NCBI GenBank assembly: GCA_047602405.1
Contig: JASGHJ010000001.1
Span: 2,304,001 to 2,368,000, forward strand
Length of the DNA: 64,000 nt
Source: Anaeromyxobacteraceae bacterium
GTDB lineage: Bacteria > Myxococcota > Myxococcia > Myxococcales > Anaeromyxobacteraceae
Direction of reading: 5' to 3'
This document shows, one piece after another, positions 31,232 through 41,625 of the stretch. A program made the translations under genes and the position numbers. The notes under the pieces are model-generated. The model saw nothing but the letters and a program-made list of their open reading frames with translations. It was not told the DNA's origin and did not search any database. Numbering within the stretch: the first letter of the stretch is position 1; each line of letters begins with the position of its first letter.

Positions 31232-31813
31232 CTACAGGCCGCACCACCAGCCGCCGGCGTCGCAGCCGGCGTACCGCGCGAGCGCCCAGCCGACGAGCCG
31301 GAGCAGCGCCCACGCCCAGACGCCCGCCGCCACGTCGTCGAGGATGACCGCGGGGGCGTTCTTCATGCGGTCGAACGCGGACGCGGGCCACGGCTTCAGG
31401 ACGTCGCAGGCGCGGAAGAGCGCGAAGCCGAGCAGCGCGGACGAGAAGGTGAAGGGCACGGCCAGCATCGTGACGAGGTAGCCCGCCACCTCGTCGATGA
31501 CGATGGGCGAGGCGTCGGTCACGCCCCAGTACTTCCCGGCGTGGCCCGCCGCGACGATGCCGACCACCGTCACGATCGCAGCGATGGCGAGCTCGCCGCC
31601 GACGCCGAGCTTCGAGGCGGCCCAGGCGAGCGGGATGGCGCCGAGCGTGCCGAACGTGCCGGGGGCGACCGGGACGAAGCCGCACGGGCCCCAGGCCGCG
31701 AGGATCGTCCAGCCGCCGGGCGGGCCCGCCGGGCGCGGGCCGCGGCGGACGCGGTAGAAGCGGGAGAGGCCTGACGGGGGCGGGCTTCCGGGCGACGGCT
31801 CGGGCGCGGACAC
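31232..31813 (-). CDS. pgpA: Phosphatidylglycerophosphatase A
   Basis: APGTFGTL, DASPIVIDEVAG, FRACDVLKPWP, VILDDVAAG; start chosen at GTG 31813. Confidence 0.92.
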   Translation of the reverse strand: MSAPEPSPGSPPPSGLSRFYRVRRGPRPAGPPGGWTILAAWGPCGFVPVAPGTFGTLGAIPLAWAASKLGVGGELAIAAIVTVVGIVAAGHAGKYWGVTDASPIVIDEVAGYLVTMLAVPFTFSSALLGFALFRACDVLKPWPASAFDRMKNAPAVILDDVAAGVWAWALLRLVGWALARYAGCDAGGWWCGL

Positions 31814-31817
31814 GCTC

Positions 31818-32675
31818 TTAGATGTACTCGTCCTGCCGCCGCTTGTCGCCCTCGGCATCGTCGTCGTCCGCCTCGAGCGCCTCGTCGGCCTCGATCTCGG
31901 CGCGGACGTCGGCGGGCAGCGCGGCCGGGTCGACGCGCGGGCGGGAGAGCGCGAGCAGCGCCTCGGCGAGCCCCATCGCGACGTACGCGGCGACGAACAC
32001 GAGCAGCACGAAGGACGCGCGGGTCGCCATCCCGACGGCGACGCCGGCCACGCACATGAACGCGAAGATGGTGAGGCTCTTCGCGGAGAGGTGGACGTCC
32101 TTGAAGGTGCGGTAGCGCACCGTCGACACCATGAGGAACGCGAGCAGCGCCACGACCACCAGGATGGGGATCCGGTCGGCGGCGCTCGTCGAGCTCTCGT
32201 AGGTCCGGTAGTGCGCGATGACGAGCGCGACGATCGCGCCCGCCGCGAGCGGGATGGGGAGCCCCACGAAGAAGCGCGAGGAGCCCTTGTCGCCGCGCAT
32301 CGCGAGCACGTTGAAGCGGGCGAGGCGGAGCGCGCCGCAGGCGAGGAACGAGAAGGAGACGAAGAAGCCCGCGAAGCCGAGCGGGGCGAGCGCCCACTTG
32401 AAGACGAGGAGCGCGGGCGCCGCGCCGAACGAGATGACGTCGGCCAGGCTGTCGAGCTGCATGCCGAAGTCCGACTGCGTCTTCGTCATGCGGGCGACGC
32501 GCCCGTCGAACGCGTCGAAGAAGAGGGCGAAGAAGATCGCGAGGGCGGCCTGGTAGAGCTGGGCCGGGCTGGGGTCCCCCGCGCAGAGCACGAGCGCGTA
32601 GAACCCGAGCAGGATCGAGCTGACCGTGAACAGGTTCGGGAGGACGAACATCGCCTTGCGAAGGTTCAGCTGCAT
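31818..32675 (-). CDS. pssA: CDP-diacylglycerol--serine O-phosphatidyltransferase
   Basis: LPNLFT, DAFDGRVAR...FGMQLDSLADVISFG, LRLARFN, FVGLPIP. Confidence 0.93.
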   Translation of the reverse strand: MQLNLRKAMFVLPNLFTVSSILLGFYALVLCAGDPSPAQLYQAALAIFFALFFDAFDGRVARMTKTQSDFGMQLDSLADVISFGAAPALLVFKWALAPLGFAGFFVSFSFLACGALRLARFNVLAMRGDKGSSRFFVGLPIPLAAGAIVALVIAHYRTYESSTSAADRIPILVVVALLAFLMVSTVRYRTFKDVHLSAKSLTIFAFMCVAGVAVGMATRASFVLLVFVAAYVAMGLAEALLALSRPRVDPAALPADVRAEIEADEALEADDDDAEGDKRRQDEYI

Positions 32676-32733
32676 GAGCGCAGGTGGTCTCCCGGAGGGC
32701 CCCGCGGGGGGCTTCCACGAAGGGCAGAAGGTG

Positions 32734-33810
32734 TCACTTCAGGGGCCGTTTGTCGAGAGGGGTCGCGGGTTTGGCTCCCGTGCAAGGGACCGGACCCCGC
32801 TCGCCTGGCCCGAGCGTCATCCGCGAGCCGGAGGCGCAGTCGACCACCCTCAACGGATCCGTCCACCAGAGGTTCTTCCGGGCCGCGACCTGGGCGCCGC
32901 CCGTGGCGAGGACCCCCGGGCCGCGCCCGCCGCAGGCGTTCCCGGCGAGCTCCGCCCGGGCGCCGCCGAGGAAGAGGAGGCAGCCCGACACGCCGCCCGA
33001 GGCGTCGACGCCGGTGAGGTGCACCGAGCCGCCCAGGGCCTGCAGCGCGGCGCCGCCGCAGCGCGCCAGCATGCCGCCCGTGAGGCGGACCGTGGCCTTG
33101 CGGGCGAGGAGGCACGCGCCGGGGATCTCGTCCTCCTGGACGCCCGCGCCCACCACCGTCACCTCGTCGCCCTCGACCTCGGCACCGCTCGACGCCGACA
33201 CGCCGACGTCGCCGGGCGCGAACACGACCACGAGCGAGAGCCGCGTCCTGCCGCTCGCCGCGACCAGCGCGGCCTCGGCCGCGCGCCCCGCCGACAGCGT
33301 GAACCGCTCGAGCGCGAGCGCGCCGCCGTTCACGAGCACCGCCGCGCGCTCGCCGCGGCCGTCGCCGTCCGAGAGCGACGCGTCGCCGCCCGCCACGACC
33401 AGCGCCGTGCGCCCGTGCAGCGAGAGGCCCTTGCCGCGGAGCGCCCCGGCGTCGACGCGGACGCCGCACGCCCCGCCGGTGAGGCCGACGTCGTCGAGCG
33501 AGGCCGTGCCCGCCCGGACCACGAGCCCGCAGCGCTCGGGGCCCGCGCGCAGCGTGAGCCCGGAGAGCGAGACCTCGCCGCCGGCCGCCCAGGCGCCGTC
33601 GACGCCCTCCGGCGCCTCGACGACCGTGAGCCCCGCGCCGGCGCCCTCGACGCGGACGCCGCGGAGCGAGCCGAGCGCCGCGACGTGCCGGCCCGCGGGC
33701 ACGCGGACGACGTCGCCCGGTCGCGCCCGTCCGACCACCTCGGCGAGGTCCGCGCCGGGGGGCACGTCGAGCGTCGCGGCCAGGAGGAAGGAGACGAGGG
33801 CGGAGACCAT
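32734..33810 (-). CDS. Secreted right-handed beta-helix (pectin-lyase-like) protein
   Basis: Hydrophobic N-terminus, ARPGDVVRVPAG start motif, repeated G/A/V beta-helix-like strands. Confidence 0.65.
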   Translation of the reverse strand: MVSALVSFLLAATLDVPPGADLAEVVGRARPGDVVRVPAGRHVAALGSLRGVRVEGAGAGLTVVEAPEGVDGAWAAGGEVSLSGLTLRAGPERCGLVVRAGTASLDDVGLTGGACGVRVDAGALRGKGLSLHGRTALVVAGGDASLSDGDGRGERAAVLVNGGALALERFTLSAGRAAEAALVAASGRTRLSLVVVFAPGDVGVSASSGAEVEGDEVTVVGAGVQEDEIPGACLLARKATVRLTGGMLARCGGAALQALGGSVHLTGVDASGGVSGCLLFLGGARAELAGNACGGRGPGVLATGGAQVAARKNLWWTDPLRVVDCASGSRMTLGPGERGPVPCTGAKPATPLDKRPLK

Positions 33811-33818
33811 GGCGGCCC

Positions 33819-34793
33819 CTAGCGTACGCCCGGCCCGTCCACGGGGCCCATCGCCATGGTGCCACCCAGCCAGTCGAGCGGATCCTCGGGCTCGCCGCCG
33901 CGCCAGACCTCGAAGTGGAGGTGCGGCCCGGTGGCGCGCCCCGTCGCTCCGACGAGGCCGAGCGGCTGGCCGGCGTCCACCGCGTCGCCCGGGCCGCACA
34001 GGAGCGCCGAGAGGTGGCCGTAGCGCGTCGTCACGTCGCCGGGGTGCCGCACCTCCACGAGGATCCCGTAGCCGCCCACCCAGCCCGCGCGCACCACGTA
34101 GCCGCGCGCGGCGGACTGCACGACGTTGCCCCGCTGGCCGGTGAGGTCGACGCCCGCGTGCAGGATGCGGCGGTGCTCGATGGGGTGGAAGCGCATGCCG
34201 AAGGTGGAGGAGACGCCGGCGTGCTCGACCGGCCAGCGCAGGCGCGCGGGCGCGGCCTCGCGGAAGAGCGCGAGGCCGAGCGCGCGGGCGGCGTCGAGCC
34301 GGCGCGCGAGGCGGCCGAGGCGGGCGCTCACCGCGGCGGCGAGCGGCGCGGGCGGCGGGCCGTACCGGCGCTGGTCGTAGTCCCACTCGGCCTCGACCGT
34401 GACCCGCGCGCGGACGAGCTCGAGCAGCGGGGTCTGCGGGAGCGCCCGGCCGAGGTAGGCGTCGAGCTCGGCGGAGAGCCCGCCCCAGCCGCGCACGGCG
34501 TCCTCGGGGAAGCCGCGGCCCGCGGGGACGCGCGCGCGGCGGCCGCGGGCCTCGGCGGCGAAGCGCAGGAGCGCGCCGTCGATGGGCGGGCCCTCCGGCG
34601 CCTCGGACGCGATCGACTCGGGCGCGGCGTCGGCGGGAGGTGCGGGCGCACCCTCGGGTTCGGCGGGCTCCAGCGCGCCACCCCGGAAGCCGGCCTCGAC
34701 GAAGCTCATCTTCGCCGCGGGGTGGGCGCAGCCTGCCGCGATCACGGAGATCGCGATCGCGAGGTGGAGGCGGCGCTCGGCGGAGGTGGACAC
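33819..34793 (-). CDS. M23-family metallopeptidase lipoprotein
   Basis: AAGC lipobox; HAGVD, TRYGHL, ATGPHLHFEV. Confidence 0.92.
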   Translation of the reverse strand: MSTSAERRLHLAIAISVIAAGCAHPAAKMSFVEAGFRGGALEPAEPEGAPAPPADAAPESIASEAPEGPPIDGALLRFAAEARGRRARVPAGRGFPEDAVRGWGGLSAELDAYLGRALPQTPLLELVRARVTVEAEWDYDQRRYGPPPAPLAAAVSARLGRLARRLDAARALGLALFREAAPARLRWPVEHAGVSSTFGMRFHPIEHRRILHAGVDLTGQRGNVVQSAARGYVVRAGWVGGYGILVEVRHPGDVTTRYGHLSALLCGPGDAVDAGQPLGLVGATGRATGPHLHFEVWRGGEPEDPLDWLGGTMAMGPVDGPGVR

Positions 34794-34928
34794 GACGCGG
34801 TCGAGCGTAGCACGCGCCGTTCCACTCCCAGGGAAGTGAGTCCGCTGTGGGTGAACGTCGGAGAACCGCGCGTCCCGTGCCCCCGGGACGGGATGGCGGG
34901 CGATGTCGGCTGCCCGCTCGACCGTCGG

Positions 34929-35954
34929 TCAGGCCGCGGCGAGCGCCAGGGCGATGCGCTTCAGCGCCTCGTCGACGTCGGCGCGCGACACGTCGAGGTG
35001 CGTGACGAAGCGGACGAGCTCCGGGCGCGAGCCCTCGGGGTTCGCGAGCACGCCCGCCTCCGCGAGGCGCCTCGCGAGCGGTGCGGCCGGGCGGGCGAAC
35101 GAGGCGAACACGAGGTTCGTCTCGACCGGGAAGGCGATCGTGCCGCCGAGCGCGGCGAGCCCGGCCGCGAGCCGCCGTGCGTTCTCGTGATCCTCCACGA
35201 GCCGGTCCACGTGGTGGTCGAGCGCGTGGAGCCCCGCGGCGGCGAGCACGCCGGCCTGGCGCATGCCGCCGCCGAGGCGCTTCCTCAGCCGCCGGGCCTC
35301 GGCGACGAGGTCCCGGGGGCCGCACACGGCCGAGCCCGCCGGCGCGCCGAGCCCCTTCGAGAGGCAGATGCTCGCGAGCGTCGCCTCCGCGGCGTACGCC
35401 GCCGGCGCGTGGCCGGAGGCGGCGCACGCGTTCATGAGCCGGGCGCCGTCGAGGTAGAGGTGCAGGCCGTGGCGCCGCGCGACCTCGCCGAGGGCCTGGA
35501 CGCGCGCGAGCGGGTAGACCGCGCCGCCGCCGCGGTTGTGGGTGTTCTCGAGCTCGACGACCCGGGTGCGCGGGTAGACGTCGCCCTGCGGGCGGATCGC
35601 GGCCTCGACGGCGGCGGGGTCGAGGAGGCCGCGCTCCGCGGCGATCGTGCGGGCCTGCACGCCCCACAGCGCGGCGAGGGCGCCCGACTCGAAGGAGATG
35701 CAGTGGGCGCCGGCGTCGCACACGATCTCGTCGCCGGGGCGGGTCAGCACGCCGAGCGAGACCTGGTTCGCCATCGTGCCCGACGGCACGAAGAGCCCCA
35801 CCTCCTTGCCGAGGAGCGCCGCCACCCGCTCCTGCAGCCGGATGACGGTGGGGTCCTCGCCGTAGACGTCGTCCCCCACCTCGGCCCTCGCCATGGCCTC
35901 CCGCATCGAGGGGGTGGGCCGCGTGACCGTGTCGCTCCTCGGATCGATGACCAT
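34929..35954 (-). CDS. ltaE: Low-specificity L-threonine aldolase
   Basis: [57 protein letters not shown]. Confidence 0.95.
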   Translation of the reverse strand: MVIDPRSDTVTRPTPSMREAMARAEVGDDVYGEDPTVIRLQERVAALLGKEVGLFVPSGTMANQVSLGVLTRPGDEIVCDAGAHCISFESGALAALWGVQARTIAAERGLLDPAAVEAAIRPQGDVYPRTRVVELENTHNRGGGAVYPLARVQALGEVARRHGLHLYLDGARLMNACAASGHAPAAYAAEATLASICLSKGLGAPAGSAVCGPRDLVAEARRLRKRLGGGMRQAGVLAAAGLHALDHHVDRLVEDHENARRLAAGLAALGGTIAFPVETNLVFASFARPAAPLARRLAEAGVLANPEGSRPELVRFVTHLDVSRADVDEALKRIALALAAA

Positions 35955-36017
35955 GCGGGGTTCTCTGATAGCATGACCGGACCCTGGACCGCCGCTGGCG
36001 GAAGCTGGAGACACCGG

Positions 36018-37221
36018 ATGCGTACGACCACCACCTCCCGGGCGCTGCTCGCGCTCCTCGTGTCCACCCTGGCGCTCCCCGGCGCCGCCGCCGCGCAGGC
36101 CGGGACCGCGCCGGCCGCGCCGAGGAAGACGCGGGTCGCCGTCCTCGAGCTGAAGGCCATCGGCGTCGAGGCCGCGAAGGCGGAGCTGCTCTCCGAGATC
36201 GCGCTCTCCGAGGCCGCCGCGCTGCCGTACCTCGAGGTCATCGGCAAGAGCGACATCACCTCGATGCTGGGCTTCGAGAAGCAGAAGAAGATGCTCGGCT
36301 GCGAGGAGGACTCCGCCTGCATCGCCGAGATCGGCGGCGCGCTCGGCGTGAAGCTCGTGCTCGTCGGCTCGGTCGGGAAGATCGGCTCGCTCTACCGGGT
36401 GGACCTCAAGGTCCTCGACACGGCGAAGGCGGGCAACGTCCGCCGGCAGGGCACGAACGTCGAGGGCGCCGAGGAGAAGATGGTGCCCGCGATCCAGCGC
36501 GCGGTCCGCCTGCCTCTTCGCGCCGGAGGCGCAGGCGGCGGGCATGCCGGTGAACGCCGCGCTCGACGAGCTCCAGGGCGGCGCGGCGCCGCAGCCCGAG
36601 AACGTGCTCGCGCCCGCCGGGCCGAAGCTCCGCAAGTGGATCTTCGGCGTGCGGCTCGCGCTCGCGCGGCCCAACGGCAGCATCGACGGCACGGCCAAGA
36701 TGGCCGACTGGGTGAAGCCCCACGCCGCCTTCGGCCTCGACCTCTTCTACAAGGTGACCCCGCACCTCTCGTGGGGCGGCTCGCTCAGCTACGGCGCCGG
36801 GAAGGCGGGGCCGGTCCTGAAGGACTTCTGCCTCGTCGACAACGGCGCCGGCCCGGTGCAGCTCACCTGCAATCCGGCCATCATCCGCCTCGCGCTCGAC
36901 CTCAACTACGACCTCGCCGACCAGGAGGCGAAGCTCGTCCCCTGGCTCAACGCGGGCGTGGGCTTCGAGTCGCTCATCGTCACGATCAACGGCAGCTCGA
37001 ACAACTCGATCTCGGCGAGCGGCTTCGAGCCCTTCCACGGCGGCGCCGGCCTCGACCTCCGCGCGGGCAAGCTGCGCTTCGGGCCCTACGTCATGATCAG
37101 CGTGGCGAAGTACTCGACCCTCGAGGTCAAGGTGAACGGGAACACGCAGTCCGGGTCCATCAACGACACCAAGGTCCACTCGCTCCTGTTCCTGGGCCTG
37201 CGCGGCGCGGCCGAGTTCTAG
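36018..37221 (+). CDS. Secreted protein: TolB-N/CsgG-like alpha/beta domain followed by a small outer-membrane beta-barrel; apparent +1 frameshift at ~36513
   Basis: Signal peptide; [29 protein letters not shown]; continues in the 36544..37221 frame ([13 protein letters not shown]...), ending in beta-strands and C-terminal F. Confidence 0.65.
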
Positions 37222-37225
37222 CGGC

Positions 37226-37918
37226 GTGGCGAAGGCCAGGCCCGCACGGCCACGCCGGCGCGCGCCCTCCGGGGAGAAGCGGGCCCGCGCGGCGGAGGTG
37301 CTCGACCGGCTCGAGGTCGCGATGCCCGACGTGCGCATCGCGCTCGACTTCGGGACCGACCTCGAGCTCCTCGTGTCGGTCGTGCTGTCGGCGCAGAGCA
37401 CCGACGCCGGCGTGAACAAGGCGACGCCCGCGCTCTTCCGGGCGTTCCCCGACGCCGCGGCGTACGCCCGCGCCCGCCCCGAGGAGCTCTGGCCGTTCAT
37501 CCGGACCCTCGGGCTCTACCGCAACAAGGCGAAGGCCATCGTCGCCGCGGCGCAGGCAATCGCCGCGGCGCACGGCGGGAAGGTCCCGCGCACGCGCGAG
37601 GCGCTCGAGGCGCTGCCCGGCGTGGGGCGGAAGACCGCGGGCGTCGTGCTCGTGCACCTCGGCGCCGGGGCGGCGTTCCCCGTGGACACCCACGTCGGCC
37701 GCGTCTCGCGGCGGCTCGACTTCACCCGCGAGGAGGATCCCGACCGCGTGGAGGAGGACCTCTGCGCACTCTTCCCGGAGGAGCGCTGGGCGAAGGGCCA
37801 CCAGCTCCTCGTCTGGCACGGCCGGCGGACCTGCGACGCCCTGCGTCCCGCCTGCTCGCGCTGCCCGGTGGAGCCGCTGTGCCCGAAGCGCGGGACGCCG
37901 CGCACGATGCGCCGCTGA
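37226..37918 (+). CDS. nth: Endonuclease III
   Basis: LSAQSTD, LPGVGRKTA (HhH), VDTHV, C-x6-C-x2-C-x5-C Fe-S motif. Confidence 0.95.
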   Translation: MAKARPARPRRRAPSGEKRARAAEVLDRLEVAMPDVRIALDFGTDLELLVSVVLSAQSTDAGVNKATPALFRAFPDAAAYARARPEELWPFIRTLGLYRNKAKAIVAAAQAIAAAHGGKVPRTREALEALPGVGRKTAGVVLVHLGAGAAFPVDTHVGRVSRRLDFTREEDPDRVEEDLCALFPEERWAKGHQLLVWHGRRTCDALRPACSRCPVEPLCPKRGTPRTMRR

Positions 37919-37940
37919 CCCGCTCCCGACGTGGGCTTCC

Positions 37941-38030
37941 GAGGGGCTCCCGCCCGACGCGGAGCTCCTCTCGAAGCCGTTCACGCCGGAGCAGCTCCTC
38001 GCGCGCGTCGCCGAGGTGCTGCGGCAGGCG
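37941..38030 (+). pseudogene. Fragment resembling the C-terminal end of a response-regulator receiver domain
   Basis: Reads EGLPPDAELLSKPFTPEQLLARVAEVLRQ; no nearby start and no N-terminal DD/D residues. Confidence 0.45.
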
Positions 38031-38060
38031 GGGGCGGGCGACCGACGGGACGGTCCCGCC

Positions 38061-38111
38061 CCGCTCGCCCCGAGCGTAGACGTCGCGGAGCGGCGTCGGA
38101 GACGAGGGGCG
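38061..38111 (+). repeat. REP-like element with variant hairpin
   Basis: ccgctcgccccgagcgta-gacgtcgc-gga-gcggcgtc-ggagacgaggggcg; flanks nearly identical to those at 18603-18652. Confidence 0.85.
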
Positions 38112-38114
38112 CCC

Positions 38115-39182
38115 TCAGAGGCTCGGCCGAAGCCTGCGCCGGGCCTGCGCCTGCGCGTGCGCGACCGCCCACTCGCCCGCGACCCGCTCGCGCCAGCGGC
38201 GCTCGAGCTCGAGCCGGATCCGCGGTCCCGCCTCGCCGAGGAGCACCTCGGCCGCGGAGCGCGGCGGGGCATCCGGCACGCGCGGGGCCTCGCCGAGCGC
38301 CAGGAGCCGGTCCGCGAGCGAGGCGTGCGTCTCTCCCGGGCGGGCGCGCTCGTCGAGCGCCACGAGCAGCGCGAGCTCGGCGACCGGCCCGGTCATGCCC
38401 AGGGCGAGCGCCTCGGGGACCTCCTCGAGGTGCCGCTCCGGGGGCGCCGCGCTCGCGGCGAGGGCCGCGCGGAGGCGCGGCTGGAGGTGCCGCGCGAGGG
38501 CGTGCTCGGCGAGCCGCGTCCCGAGGAGCGCGTCGGCGGTCGCGGAGGCGCCGGCGATCCGCGCCGCCTCGCGGTCGGCCTCGCGCTCGCCGGCGCGCGC
38601 GAGCGCGAGGCTCGCCGCCGAGAACCACGGCCGGTAGGACGCGAGGAGGCGGCGCAGCGCCCGCGCGACGGGGCCGCGCCGCGCCTCGAGCTCGGGCCCG
38701 AGCACGTCGAAGGTCTGCCGGAGCCGGTGGACCCAGGCCGCGCTCTCGCCGTGGCCGCCGGCGACGTGCGCGAGCTCGTGCGCGAGCACGGCCCGCAGCG
38801 CCTCCGGGCCGAGCGCCGCGAGGAGCGGCCAGCCCAGGGCGAGCTCGTTGAGGGTCGCGCCCGGGAATCCGAGGCGCGGCGTCTGCCAGACGCCGGCGTC
38901 GAGCTCGTCCGAGACGAGCACCGCGTGCAGCCGCGGGCCGGGTGCCGCGGCGCGGACCTCGTCGAGCGCCGCGAAGAGCGCCGGGACCTCCTCGCGCGTG
39001 ACCGGCACGCCGCGCGGCCGGTCCGGGGCGCGGGTGGTGGCGCGCAGCACGGCGGCGAGGAACCCGAGCACGGCGAAGGTGAGCACGCCGAGCGCGGCGA
39101 GCGCGAGCCGGTAGCGCCCGGGGTGGGCGTCGGCGAGCCGCTCGAAGCGCGCGGCGGTCCGGCGGAAGCGCTCGGGGGTCAT
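38115..39182 (-). CDS. M48-family (HtpX-like) metallopeptidase
   Basis: N-terminal TM; AVLAHELAH, EREAD, ETHASLADRL. Confidence 0.85.
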   Translation of the reverse strand: MTPERFRRTAARFERLADAHPGRYRLALAALGVLTFAVLGFLAAVLRATTRAPDRPRGVPVTREEVPALFAALDEVRAAAPGPRLHAVLVSDELDAGVWQTPRLGFPGATLNELALGWPLLAALGPEALRAVLAHELAHVAGGHGESAAWVHRLRQTFDVLGPELEARRGPVARALRRLLASYRPWFSAASLALARAGEREADREAARIAGASATADALLGTRLAEHALARHLQPRLRAALAASAAPPERHLEEVPEALALGMTGPVAELALLVALDERARPGETHASLADRLLALGEAPRVPDAPPRSAAEVLLGEAGPRIRLELERRWRERVAGEWAVAHAQAQARRRLRPSL

Positions 39183-39268
39183 GGCGACGAAGCGAGACCT
39201 CTCATCTCCTCGGGGGAGCCTAACAGGCGGCGCGGCCGGGCGCCCCTCCGGGCGATGATGCGGTGCAC

Positions 39269-40369
39269 ATGCGCACCCCGGCCCGGCTCGATCTCAGGTC
39301 CCTGAACCGCGCGACCCTCGCGCGCCAGCTCCTGCTCGCCCGGGCGCGCGCGCCCGCGCTCGAGGCCATCGAGCAGCTCGCCGGCCTGCAGGCGCAGCTC
39401 GCGCGGCCGCCGTTCGTGGCGCTCTGGAGCCGCCTCCAGGGCTTCTCGCGCGACGAGCTCGCCGCGCTCGTGCAGGGGAGGAAGGCGGTGCGGGCGCCGT
39501 TCTTCCGGCACACCCTCCACCTCGTCTCCGCGCGCGACTACCTCGCGTTCCGCGGCGTCGTGCAGGCCGCGCTCGAGCGGGCGGCGGTGACGCACCTCAA
39601 GAAGGTGAAGGACCCGGACGCCGTCCTCCGGACGGCCCGCGCGCTCCTCGCCGCGCCGCTCACGTACGGCGCGCTCCGGGACGGCCTCGTGAGGAAGCAC
39701 CCGCGCGGCGACCCGATGTCGCTCGCCTTCGTGCCGCGCACGCGGCTGCCGCTCGTGCAGCTGCCCGGCGAGGGCCCGTGGTCGTACCCGGCGAACGCGG
39801 CGCTCGCCACCGCGGAGGCGTGGCTCGGGAGGTCCCCCGCGTCGGACGGAGACCGCGCCCGCGAGGCGCTCGCGGTCCGCTACCTCGCCGCCTTCGGCCC
39901 GGCGAGCGCGGCCGACGTGCGCGAGTGGTCGGGCGTGCCGGAGTGGAAGCCGGTGCTCGAGCGGCTCCGGGAGCGGCTCGTCGCCGTCGAGGGCCCGGAC
40001 GGGCGGGAGCTCCTCGACCTCCCGGACGCCCCGAGGCCGGGCGGCGACGTGCCCGCGCCGGTGCGGTTCCTGCCCGACTTCGACAACCTCCTGCTCGGGC
40101 ACGCCGACCGCACGCGCGTGATGCCCCCTTCCGCGCGGCCCGCCTTCGCGGCGAGGAACGGGATGGTCCCGGGGGCCGTGCTGATCGACGGCTTCGTCGG
40201 CGCGACCTGGCGCGCCGAGGTGAAGGGCGGCCGGATCGCGGTGGCGGTCGCGCCGCTCGGGAAGCTCACGGGGGCGCGGCGCGCCGAGGTCGAGGCGGAG
40301 GCCGACGCGCTCGCGGCGTTCCTCGAGCCGGAGGCGAGGGCGCGCGAGGTGAGGGTGGGGAAGGCCTGA
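39269..40369 (+). CDS. AlkZ/YcaQ (HTH_42) family DNA crosslink glycosylase-like protein
   Basis: LNRATLARQLLL, GLQAQ (QxQ), RHTLHLV, YLAAFGPAS, FLPDFDNLLLGH. Confidence 0.85.
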   Translation: MRTPARLDLRSLNRATLARQLLLARARAPALEAIEQLAGLQAQLARPPFVALWSRLQGFSRDELAALVQGRKAVRAPFFRHTLHLVSARDYLAFRGVVQAALERAAVTHLKKVKDPDAVLRTARALLAAPLTYGALRDGLVRKHPRGDPMSLAFVPRTRLPLVQLPGEGPWSYPANAALATAEAWLGRSPASDGDRAREALAVRYLAAFGPASAADVREWSGVPEWKPVLERLRERLVAVEGPDGRELLDLPDAPRPGGDVPAPVRFLPDFDNLLLGHADRTRVMPPSARPAFAARNGMVPGAVLIDGFVGATWRAEVKGGRIAVAVAPLGKLTGARRAEVEAEADALAAFLEPEARAREVRVGKA

Positions 40370-40425
40370 CCCGAGGTGGCCACGCGGGCGCCGTCACGCC
40401 GCCCGGCCCCGCACCTCTTCACGGA

Positions 40426-41625
40426 ATGGCCCACCCCCCACGCGCCCTCGCGGCGGTCGTGCTCGCGCTCCTCTCGCCAGCGGCGGCGCGCGGCGAGGCC
40501 GTCCCGCCCGACTCCCCTCGCTGGGCGCTCGAGGGAGGGGCCCGGCTGTCCGAGGTGCAGGGCCGGCCCTGCCTCCTCCTCGACGGCGGCGCCGCGACCG
40601 TGAAGGAGCTCCTCCTGCGCGACGGCGTCATCGACGTGGACGTCTTCACCTCGGCGGCGCGCGGCTTCCTCGGGATCCAGTTCCGGGTCGCCGGCGAGGA
40701 CGGCGAGTGGATCTACCTGCGCCCGCACAAGTCGGGCCTGCCCGACGCGATCCAGTACACGCCGGTGCTGCACACCGGGCTCAACTGGCAGCTCTACAGC
40801 GGCCCGGGCTTCACCGCGCCGCTCGAGATCCCGGTCGGCGCGTGGTTCCACCTGCGGGTCGTCCTCGAGGGGGCGCAGGCGCGACTGTACGTGAAGGGGC
40901 TCGAGCGCCCCGCGCTCGTCGTCGAGGATCTCAAGAGCGGCGTCGAGCGGGGCGAGGTGGCGCTCGCGGTCCTGACCGGGGCCACCTGCTTCGCGGGCTT
41001 CGAGGTCCGCGCGACGCCCGATGCGCCCTGGGAGCGCCATCTGCCGCCCATGCCGCCCGGCACGCTCACCCGCTGGGCCCTGTCGCCGGCGTACGACGCG
41101 CTCGAGCGCGACCTCGAGCGGCCGCTCACGGCGAAGGAGCTGAGGGAGATCCCCTGGCAGGAGGTGGTCGCCGAGGCCCCAGGTCTCGTCCCGATCAACC
41201 GCTACCGCGAGAGCCCCCACCCGCGCGTCAGCTTCGCGAGCGACTTCTCGAGGCGGCTCGAGCCGCAGCCCGGCATGAAGGTGGTCTACGCGCGCACGCG
41301 GATCGACGCGCCGCGGGACGAGGTGAGGAAGCTCGCGCTCGGCTACAGCGACGAGGTGAGCGTGTTCCTCGACGGGCGCATCCTGTGGCGGGGGCGCAGC
41401 GCGCAGAACTTCCGGGACCCGGGCTTCCTCGGCATCGTCGACGCCGAGGACGACGCGGTCTGGCTGCCGCTCCGGAAGGGCCCGAACGAGCTCGTGCTCG
41501 CGGTGGGCGAGCTCGGCGGCGGCTGGGGCTTCGTCGCCCGGCTCGCGGGGGCGGCCGGCGAGGCCGCCGGGGATCAACGGCCGAACAGCCGCGCGAGCCA
41601 GGACCGCCGCGGCGCCCGGCGGTAG
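40426..41625 (+). CDS. Secreted protein with ConA/DUF1080-like and jelly-roll domains
   Basis: Signal peptide; FLGIQFR, AIQYTPV, WFHLRV; C-terminal LGYSDEVSVFLDG...LRKGPNELVL. Confidence 0.7.
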   Translation: MAHPPRALAAVVLALLSPAAARGEAVPPDSPRWALEGGARLSEVQGRPCLLLDGGAATVKELLLRDGVIDVDVFTSAARGFLGIQFRVAGEDGEWIYLRPHKSGLPDAIQYTPVLHTGLNWQLYSGPGFTAPLEIPVGAWFHLRVVLEGAQARLYVKGLERPALVVEDLKSGVERGEVALAVLTGATCFAGFEVRATPDAPWERHLPPMPPGTLTRWALSPAYDALERDLERPLTAKELREIPWQEVVAEAPGLVPINRYRESPHPRVSFASDFSRRLEPQPGMKVVYARTRIDAPRDEVRKLALGYSDEVSVFLDGRILWRGRSAQNFRDPGFLGIVDAEDDAVWLPLRKGPNELVLAVGELGGGWGFVARLAGAAGEAAGDQRPNSRASQDRRGARR

